Shown piece after piece: positions 54,690 to 64,000 of a DNA stretch of 64,000 nt. This DNA is from the human T2T-CHM13v2.0 reference genome, Homo sapiens: NCBI RefSeq assembly GCF_009914755.1, contig NC_060931.1; one strand, written 5' to 3'. The number at the start of each line of letters is the position of its first letter. The stretch's first letter is position 1. Below the pieces are notes generated by a model. The model did not search any database. It was not told where the DNA came from and was given only the letters and a program-made list of their open reading frames with translations. The position numbers and the translations under genes were made by a program.

Positions 54690-55711
54690 GTGATGTGTGC
54701 CTTCAACTCGCAGAGTTTAACCTTTCTTTTCTTAGAGCAGTTTAGAAACACTCTGCTTGTTATGTCTGCAAGTGGATATTTGGACCTCTTTGAGGCCTTC
54801 GTTGCAAACGGTATTTCTTCCTTTAATGCTAGACTAAGAAGAGTTCTCAGTAACTTTTTTGTGTTGTGTGTATTCAACTCACAGAGTTGAACCTTGCTTT
54901 AGAGAGAGCAGATTTGAAACACTCTTGCTGTGGCATTTTCAGGTGGAGATTTCAAGCGATTTGAGGACAATTGCAGAAAAGGAAATATCTTCGTATAATA
55001 ACCAGACAGAATCATTCTCAGAAAGTGCTTTGTGATGTGTGCGTTCAACTCACAGAGTTTAACCTTTCTTTTCATAGAGGAGTTTGGAAACACACTGTTT
55101 GTAAAGTCTGCATGTGGATATATGGACCTGTTTGAGGCCTTCGTTGGAAACGGGATTTCTTCATTGAATGCTAGACGGAAGAATTCTCAGTAAATTCTTT
55201 GTGTTGTGTGCATTCAACTCACCGAGTGGAACGTCCCTTTAGACAGACCAGATTTGAAACACTCTTTTTGCGAAATTTGGAAGTGGAGATTTCAAGCCAT
55301 TTGATGCCAACAATAGAAAGGGAAATATCTTCAAATAAAAACTAGACAGAATCATTCTCAGAAAATTCTTTGTGATGTGTGCGTTCAACTCACATAGTTT
55401 AACCTTTCTTTTCATAGAGCAGTTTGGAAACACTCTGTTTGTAAAGTCTGCAAGTAGATATATGGACCGCTTTGAGGCCTTCGTTGGAAACGGGATTTCT
55501 TCATTTCATGCTAGACAGAAGAATTCTCAGTAACTCCTTTGTGTTGTGTGTATTCAACTCACAGTGTGGAACGTCCCTTTAGACAGAGCAGATTTGAAAC
55601 ACTCTTTTTGTGGAATGTGCAAGTGGAGATTTCAAGCGATTTGATGCCAGCAGTAGAAAAGGAAATATCTTCTAATAAAAACTAGACAGAATCATTCTCA
55701 GAAACTACTTT

Positions 55712-58700
55712 GTGATGTGTGCCTTCAACTCACAGAGTTTAACCTTTCTTTTCTTAGAGCAGTTTAGAAACACTCTGCTTGTTATGTCTGCAAGTGGATA
55801 TTTGGACCTCTTTGAGGCCTTCGTTGCAAACGGGGTTTCTTCCTTTCATGCTAGACTAAGAAGAGTTCTCAGCAACTTTTTTGTGTTGTGTGTATTCAAC
55901 TCACAGAGTTGAACCTTGCTTTAGAGAGAGCAGATTTGAAACACTCTTGCTGTGGCATTTTCAGGTGGAGATTTCAAGCGATTTGAGGACAATTGCAGAA
56001 AAGGAAATATCTTCGTATAATAACCAGACAGAATCATTCTCAGAAAGTGCTTTGTGATGTGTGCGTTCAACTCACAGAGTTTAACCTTTCTTTTCATAGA
56101 GGAGTTTGGAAACACACTGTTTGTAAAGTCTGCAATTGGATATATGGACCTGTTTGAGGCCTTCGTTGGAAACGGGATTTCTTCATTGAATGCTAGACGG
56201 AAGAATTCTCAGTAAATTCTTTGTGTTGTGTGCATTCAACTCACAGAGTGGAACGTCCCTTTAGACAGAGCAGATTGGAAACACTCTTTTTGCGGAATTT
56301 GCAAGTGGAGATTTCTAGCCATTTGATGCCAACAGTAGAAAGGGAAATATCTTCAAATAAAAACCAGACAGAATCATTCTCAGAAAATTCTTTGTGATGT
56401 GTGCGTTCAACTCACATAGTTTAACCTTTCTTTTCATAGAGCAGTTTGGAAACACTCTGTTTGTAAAGTCTGCAAGTGGATATATGGACCGCATTGAGGC
56501 CTTCGTTGGAAACGGGATTTCTTCATTTCATGCTAGACAGAAGAATTCTCAGTAACTTCTTTGTGCTGTGTGTATTCAACTCACAGAGTGGAACGTCCCT
56601 TTACACAGAGCAGATTTGAAACACTCTTTTTGTGGAGTTTGCAAGTGGAGATTTCAAGCGATTTGATGCCAACAGTAGAAAAGGAAATATCTTCAAATAA
56701 AAACTAGACAGAATCATTCTCAGAAACTACTTTGTGATGTGTGCCTTCAACTCACTGAGTTCAACCTTTCTTTTCTTAGAGCAGTTTAGAAACACTCTGC
56801 TTGTTATGTCTGCAAGTGGATATTTGGACCTCTTTGAGGCCTTCGTTGCAAACGGGGTTTCTTCCTTTCATGCTAGACTAAGAAGAGTTCTCAGTAACTT
56901 TTTTGTGTTGTGTGTATTCAACTCACAGAGTTGAACCTTGCTTTAGAGAGAGCAGATTTGAAACACTCTTGCTGTGGCATTTTCAGGTGGAGATTTCAAG
57001 CGATTTGAGGACAATTGCAGAAAAGGAAATATCTTCGTATAATAACCAGACAGAATCATTCTCAGAAAGTGCTTTGTGATGTGTGCGTTCAACTCACAGA
57101 GTTTAACCTTTCTTTTCATAGAGGAGTTTGGAAACACACTGTTTGTAAAGTCTGCAATTGGATATATGGACCTGTTTGAGGCCTTCGTTGGAAACGGGAT
57201 TTCTTCATTGAATGCTAGACGGAAGAATTCTCAGTAAATTCTTTGTGTTGTGTGCATTCAACTCACAGAGTGGAACGTCCCTTTAGACAGAGCAGATTGG
57301 AAACACTCTTTTTGCGGAATTTGCAAGTGGAGATTTCTAGCCATTTGATGCCAACAGTAGAAAGGGAAATATCTTCAAATAAAAACCAGACAGAATCATT
57401 CTCAGAAAATTCTTTGTGATGTGTGCGTTCAACTCACATAGTTTAACCTTTCTTTTCATAGAGCAGTTTGGAAACACTCTGTTTGTAAAGTCTGCAAGTG
57501 GATCTATGGACAGCATTGAGGCCTTCGTTGGAAACGGGATTTCTTCATTTCATGCTAGACAGAAGAATTCTCAGTAACTTCTTTGTGCTGTGTGTATTCA
57601 ACTCACAGAGTGGAACGTCCCTTTACACAGAGCAGATTTGAAACACTCTTTTTGTGGAGTTTGCAAGTGGAGATTTCAAGCGATTTGATGCCAACAGTAG
57701 AAAAGGAAATATCTTCAAATAAAAACTAGACAGAATCATTCTCAGAAACTACTTTGTGATGTGTGTCTTCAACTCACAGAGTTTAACCTTTCTTTTCTTA
57801 GAGCAGTTTAGAAACACTCTGCTTGTTATGTCTGCAAGTGGATATTTGGACCTCTTTGAGGCCTTCGTTGCAAACGGGGTTTCTTCCTTTCATGCTAGAC
57901 TAAGAAGAGTTCTCAGTAACTTTTTTGTGTTGTGTGTATTCAACTCACAGAGTTGAACCTTGCTTTAGAGAGAGCAGATTTGAAACACTCTTGCTGTGGC
58001 ATTTTCAGGTGGAGATTTCAAGCGATTTGAGGACAATTGCAGAAAAGGAAATATCTTCGTATAATAACCAGACAGAATCATTCTCAGAAAGTGCTTTGTG
58101 ATGTGTGCGTTCAACTCACAGGGTTTAACCTTTCTTTTCATAGAGGAGTTTGGAAACACACTGTTTGTAAAGTCTGCAATTGGATATATGGACCTGTTTG
58201 AGGCCTTCGTTGAAAACGGGATTTCTTCATTGAATGCTAGACGGAAGAATTCTCAGTAAATTCTTTGTGTTGTGTGCATTCAACTCACAGAGTGGAACGT
58301 CCCTTTAGACAGAGCAGATTTGAAACACTCTTTTTGCGGAATTTGCAAGTGGAGATTTCTAGCCATTTGATGCCAACAGTAGAAAGGGAAATATCTTCAA
58401 ATAAAAACCAGACAGAATCATTCTCAGAAAATTCTTTGTGATGTGTGCGTTCAACTCACATAGTTTAACCTTTCTTTTCATAGAGCAGTTTGGAAACACT
58501 CTGTTTGTAATGTCTGCAAGTGGATCTATGGACCGCATTGAGGCCTTCGTTGGAAACGGGATTTCTTCATTTCATGCTAGACAGAAGAATTCTCAGTAAC
58601 TTCTTTGTGCTGTGTGTATTCAACTCACAGAGTGGAACGTCCCTTTACACAGAGCAGATTTGAAACACTCTTTTTGTGGAGTTTGCAAGTGGAGATTTCA

Positions 58701-61700
58701 AGCGATTTGATGCCAACAGTAGAAAAGGAAATATCTTCAAATAAAAACTAGACAGAATCATTCTCAGAAACTACTTTGTGATGTGTGCCTTCAACTCACA
58801 GAGTTCAACCTTTCTTTTCTTAGAGCAGTTTAGAAACACTCTGCTTGTTATGTCTGCAAGTGGATATTTGGACCTCTTTGAGGCCTTCGTTGCAAACGGG
58901 GTTTCTTCCTTTCATGCTAGACTAAGAAGAGTTCTCAGTAACTTTTTTGTGTTGTGTGTATTCAACTCACAGAGTTGAACCTTGCTTTAGAGAGAGCAGA
59001 TTTGAAACACTCTTGCTGTGGCATTTTCAGGTGGAGATTTCAAGCGATTTGAGGACAATTGCAGAAAAGGAAATATCTTCGTATAATAACCAGACAGAAT
59101 CATTCTCAGAAAGTGCTTTGTGATGTGTGCGTTCAACTCACAGAGTTTAACCTTTCTTTTCATAGAGGAGTTTGGAAACACACTGTTTGTAAAGTCTGCA
59201 ATTGGATATATGGACCTGTTTGAGGCCTTCGTTGGAAACGGGATTTCTTCATTGAATGCTAGACGGAAGAATTCTCAGTAAATTCTTTGTGTTGTGTGCA
59301 TTCAACTCACAGAGTGGAACGTCCCTTTAGACAGAGCAGATTGGAAACACTCTTTTTGCGGAATTTGCAAGTGGAGATTTCTAGCCATTTGATGCCAACA
59401 GTAGAAAGGGAAATATCTTCAAATAAAAACCAGACAGAATCATTCTCAGAAAATTCTTTGTGATGTGTGCGTTCAACTCACATAGTTTAACCTTTCTTTT
59501 CATAGAGCAGTTTGGAAACACTCTGTTTTTAAAGTCTGCAAGTGGATATATGGACCGCATTGAGGCCTTCGTTGGAAACGGGATTTCTTCATTTCATGCT
59601 AGACAGAAGAATTCTCAGTAACTTCTTTGTGCTGTGTGTATTCAACTCACAGAGTGGAACGTCCCTTTACACAGAGCAGATTTGAAACACTCTTTTTGTG
59701 GAGTTTGCAAGTGGAGATTTCAAGCGATTTGATGCCAACAGTAGAAAAGGAAATATCTTCAAATAAAAACTAGACAGAATCATTCTCAGAAACTACTTTG
59801 TGATGTGTGCCTTCAACTCACAGAGTTTAACCTTTCTTTTCTTAGAGCAGTTTAGAAACACTCTGCTTGTTATGTCTGCAAGTGGATATTTGGACCTCTT
59901 TGAGGCCTTCGTTGCAAACGGGGTTTCTTCCTTTAATGCTAGACTAAGAAGAGTTCTCAGCAACATTTTTGTGTTGTGTGTATTCAACTCACAGAGTTGA
60001 ACCTTGCTTTAGATAGAGCAGATTTGAAACACTCTCGCTGTGGAATTTTCAGGTGGAGATTTCAAGCGATTTGAGGACAATTGCAGAAAAGGAAATATCT
60101 TCGTATAATTACCAGACAGAATCATTTTCAGAAAGTGCTTTGTGATGTGTGCGTTCAACTCACAGAGTTTAACCTTTCTTTTCATAGAGGAGTTTGGAAA
60201 CACACTGTTTGTAAAGTCTGCAATTGGATATATGGACCTGTTTGAGGCCTTCGTTGGAAACGGGATTTCTTCATTGAATGCTAGACGGAAGAATTCTCAG
60301 TAAATTCTTTGTGTTGTGTGCATTCAACTCACAGAGTGGAACGTCCCTTTAGACAGAGCAGATTTGAAACACTCTTTTTGCGGAATTTGCAAGTGGAGAT
60401 TTCTAGCCATTTGATGCCAACAGTAGAAAGGGAAATATCTTCAAATAAAAACCAGACAGAATCATTCTCAGAAAATTCTTTGTGATGTGTGCGTTCAACT
60501 CACATAGTTTAACCTTTCTTTTCATAGAGCAGTTTGGAAACACTCTGTTTGTAAAGTCTGCAAGTGGATCTATGGACCGCATTGAGGCCTTCGTTGGAAA
60601 CGGGATTTCTTCATTTCATGCTAGACAGAAGAATTCTCAGTAACTTCTTTGTGCTGTGTGTATTCAACTCACAGAGTGGAACGTCCCTTTACACAGAGCA
60701 GATTTGAAACACTCTTTTTGTGGAGTTTGCAAGTGGAGATTTCAAGCGATTTGATGCCAACAGTAGAAAAGGAAATATCTTCAAATAAAAACTAGACAGA
60801 ATCATTCTCAGAAACTACTTTGTGATGTGTGCCTTCAACTCACTGAGTTCAACCTTTCTTTTCTTAGAGCAGTTTAGAAACACTCTGCTTGTTATGTCTG
60901 CAAGTGGATATTTGGACCTCTTTGAGGCCTTCGTTGCAAACGGGGTTTCTTCCTTTCATGCTAGACTAAGAAGAGTTCTCAGTAACTTTTTTGTGTTGTG
61001 TGTATTCAACTCACAGAGTTGAACCTTGCTTTAGAGAAAGCAGATTTGAAACACTTGCTGTGGCATTTTCAGTTGGAGATTTCAAGCGATTGGAGGACAA
61101 TTGCAGAAAAGGAAATATCTTCGTATAATAACCAGACAGAATCATTCTCAGAAAGTGCTTTGTGATGTGTGCGTTCAACTCACAGAGTTTAACCTTTCTT
61201 TTCATAGAGGAGTTTGGAAACACACTGTTTGTAAAGTCTGCAAGTGGATATATGGACCTGTTTGAGGCCTCCGTTGGAAACGGGATTTCTTCATTGAATG
61301 CTAGACGGAAGAATTCTCAGTAAATTCTTTGTGTTGTGTGCATTGAACTCACAGAGTGGAACGTCCCTTTAGACAGAGCAGATTTGAAACACTCTTTTTG
61401 CGGAATTTGCAAGTGGAGATTTCTAGCCATTTGATGCCAACAGTAGAAAGGGAAATATCTTCAAATAAAAACCAGACAGAATCATTCTCAGAAAATTCTT
61501 TGTGATGTGTGCGTTCAACTCACATAGTTTAACCTTTCTTTTCATAGAGCAGTTTGGAAACACTCTGTTTGTAAAGTCTGCAAGTGGATATATGGACCGC
61601 ATTGAGGCCTTCGTTGGAAACGGGATTTCTTCATTTCATGCTAGACAGAAGAATTCTCAGTAACTTCTTTGTGCTGTGTGTATTCAACTCACAGAGTGGA

Positions 61701-64000
61701 ACGTCCCTTTGCACAGAGCAGATTTGAAACACTCTTTTTGTGGAGTTTGCAAGTGGAGATTTCAAGCGATTTGATGCCAACAGTAGAAAAGGAAATATCT
61801 TCAAATAAAAACTAGACAGAATCATTCTCAGAAACTACTTTGTGATGTGTGCCTTCAACTCACAGAGTTTAACCTTTCTTTTCTTAGAGCAGTTTAGAAA
61901 CACTCTGCTTGTTATGTCTGCAAGTGGATATTTGGACCTCTTTGATTCCTTCGTTGCAAACGGGGTTTCTTCCTTTCATGCTAGACTAAGAAGAGTTCTC
62001 AGTAACTTTTTTGTGTTGTGTGTATTCAACTCACAGAGTTGAACCTTGCTTTAGAGAGAGCAGATTTGAAACACTCTTGCTGTGGAATTTTCAGGTGGAG
62101 ATTTCAAGCGATTTGAGGACAATTGCAGAAAAGGAAATATCTTCGTATAATAACCAGACAGAATCATTCTCAGAAAGTGCTTTGTGATGTGTGCGTTCAA
62201 CTCACAGAGTTTAACCTTTCTTTTCTTAGAGGAGCTTGGAAACACACTGTTTGTAAAGTCTGCAATTGGATATATAGACCTGTTTGAGGCCTCCGTTGGA
62301 AACGGAATTTCTTCATTGAATGCTAGACGGAAGAATTCTCAGTAAATTCTTTGTGTTGTGTGCATTGAACTCACAGAGTGGAACGTCCCTTTAGACAGAG
62401 CAGATTTGAAACACTCTTTTTGCGGAATTTGCAAGTGGAGATTTCTAGCCATTTGATGTCAACAGTAGAAAGGGAAATATCTTCAAATAAAAACCAGACA
62501 GAATCATTCTCAGAAAATTCTTTGTGATGTGTGCGTTCAACTCACATAGTTTAACCTTTCTTTTCATAGAGCAGTTTGGAAACACTCTGTTTGTAAAGTC
62601 TGCAAGTGGATATATGGACCGCATTGAGGCCTTCGTTGGAAACGGGATTTCTTCATTTCATGCTAGACAGAAGAATTCTCAGTAACTTCTTTGTGCTGTG
62701 TGTATTCAACTCACAGAGTGGAACGTCCCTTTACACAGAGCAGATTTGAAACACTCTTTTTGTGGAGTTTGCAAGTGGAGATTTCAAGCGATTTGATGCC
62801 AACAGTAGAAAAGGAAATATCTTCAAATAAAAACTAGACAGAATCATTCTCAGAAACTACTTTGTGATGTGTGCCTTCAACTCACAGAGTTTAACCTTTC
62901 TTTTCTTAGAGCAGTTTAGAAACACTCTGCTTGTTATGTCTGCAAGTGGATATTTGGACCTCTTTGAGGCCTTCGTTGCAAACGGGGTTTCTTCCTTTCA
63001 TGCTAGACTAAGAAGAGTTCTCAGTAACTTTTTTGTGTTGTGTGTATTCAACTCACAGAGTTGAACCTTGCTTTAGAGAGAGCAGATTTGAAACACTCTT
63101 GCTGTGGCATTTTCAGGTGGAGATTTCAAGCGATTTGAGGACAATTGCAGAAAAGGAAATATCTTCGTATAATAACCAGACAGAATCATTCTCAGAAAGT
63201 GCTTTGTGATGTGTGCGTTCAACTCACAGAGTTTAACCTTTCTTTTCATAGAGGAGTTTGGAAACACACTGTTTGTAAAGTCTGCAATTGGATATATGGA
63301 CCTGTTTGAGGCCTTCGTTGGAAACGGGATTTCTTCATTGAATGCTAGACGGAAGAATTCTCAGTAAATTCTTTGTGTTGTGTGCATTCAACTCACAGAG
63401 TGGAACGTCCCTTTAGACAGAGCAGATTTGAAACACTCTTTTTGCGGAATTTGCAAGTGGAGATTTCTAGCCATTTGATGCCAACAGTAGAAAGGGAAAT
63501 ATCTTCAAATAAAAACCAGACAGAATCATTCTCAGAAAATTCTTTGTGATGTGTGCGTTCAACTCACATAGTTTAACCTTTCTTTTCATAGAGCAGTTTG
63601 GAAACACTCTGTTTGTAAAGTCTGCAAGTGGATCTATGGACCGCATTGAGGCCTTCGTTGGAAACGGGATTTCTTCATTTCATGCTAGACAGAAGAATTC
63701 TCAGTAACTTCTTTGTGCTGTGTGTATTCAACTCACAGAGTGGAACATCCCTTTACACAGAGCAGATTTGAAACACTCTTTTTGTGGAGTTTGCAAGTGG
63801 AGATTTCAAGCGATTTGATGCCAACAGTAGAAAATGAAATATCTTCAAATAAAAACTAGACAGAATCATTCTCAGAAACTACTTTGTGATGTGTGCCTTC
63901 AACTCACAGAGTTTAACCTTTCTTTTCTTAGAGCAGTTTAGAAACACTCTGCTTGTTATGTCTGCAAGTGGATATTTGGACCTCTTTGAGGCCTTCGTTG
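55712..64000 (+). repeat. Pure 6-mer HOR domain (8 full units of 1,022/1,020 bp plus a partial unit)
   Basis: Anchors at 55712, 56734, 57756, 58778, 59800, 60822, 61842 and 62864. Diagnostic variants GCAAACGGGGTTTC, TGGAGTTTGCAAG and (in most units) GCAATTGGATAT were not seen to the left. Confidence 0.95.

Larger units (their letters stand above)
325..55711 (+). repeat. Variant-HOR domain: mixed 10-mer (1,702 bp x17), 6-mer (1,022 bp x18), 8-mer (1,362 bp x1), 12-mer (2,042 bp x2) and one 2,611 bp irregular unit
   Basis: Spacing between successive copies of the marker dimer carrying the TA insertion GACTAAGAAGAG (ORF-track anchors 325, 1347, 3049, 4751, 6453, 7475, 8497, 9519, 10881 ... 54690, 55712). 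Unit lengths sum exactly to 55,387 bp. Confidence 0.93.
1..64000 (+). repeat. Alpha satellite higher-order-repeat (HOR) array, SF1 dimeric type (340 bp dimer of ~170 bp monomers)
   Basis: Alphoid motifs (CATTCTCAGAAA, TTCAACTCACAGAG, TTTGAAACACTCTTTTTG, GAAATATCTTC) recur every ~170 bp with 340 bp dimer periodicity. A CENP-B box site occurs once per dimer. Orientation is constant and no non-alphoid sequence is seen. Confidence 0.99.
1..64000 (+). other. D7Z1: Probable identity: human chromosome 7 centromeric array D7Z1 (S1C7H1L)
   Basis: 6-monomer 1,022 bp HOR in an SF1 array. EcoRI (GAATTC) is present in two of three dimers and lost in the third (GACTAAGAAGAGTTCTC), predicting 340+682 bp fragments as described for D7Z1. 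Assignment is from recall, not alignment. Confidence 0.8.

Noticed and set aside
318-63267. Numerous 64-106 aa ORFs (MNTHNTKK..., MMCAFNSQ..., MFPNSSMK...)
   Set aside because: They recur with the satellite period on both strands and resemble no protein family I recognise. They are chance open frames in alphoid DNA and were used only as positional markers.
1-64000. CRISPR-like array of conserved motifs with regular spacing
   Set aside because: The intervening sequences are themselves repeated rather than unique spacers, and no cas genes are present.
1-64000. Transposon insertion (L1/Alu) or inversion
   Set aside because: No non-alphoid sequence, poly-A tail or strand switch was seen. All anchor spacings are explained by dimer multiples, TA insertions and two deletions.

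Overview
The whole 64 kb window is one uninterrupted, single-orientation array of primate centromeric alpha satellite. It has ~170 bp monomers in a 340 bp dimer with a CENP-B box site in every second monomer, the suprachromosomal family 1 (J1/J2) pattern. The 1,022 bp 6-mer and its 340+682 bp EcoRI pattern best fit, from memory and not from alignment, the human chr7 D7Z1 (S1C7H1L) array. I see no gene, RNA gene, transposon or CRISPR array, and all ORFs in the track are by-products of the repeat. The informative signal is internal array architecture. From 325 to ~55,700 there is a mosaic of 17 ten-mers (1,702 bp), 18 six-mers (1,022 bp, of at least three origins), one 8-mer, two 12-mers and one unit with a 111 bp deletion. 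These are partly nested in 16-, 22- and 32-monomer super-repeats, and include a diverged relic block and a ~4 kb dispersed duplication. At ~55.7 kb the array switches abruptly to a pure 6-mer with different diagnostic variants. Most 10-mers carry two inactivated CENP-B boxes out of five. I found no evidence of a new enzymatic or coding system; the findings concern satellite evolution and were derived by eye plus spacing arithmetic on the ORF track.
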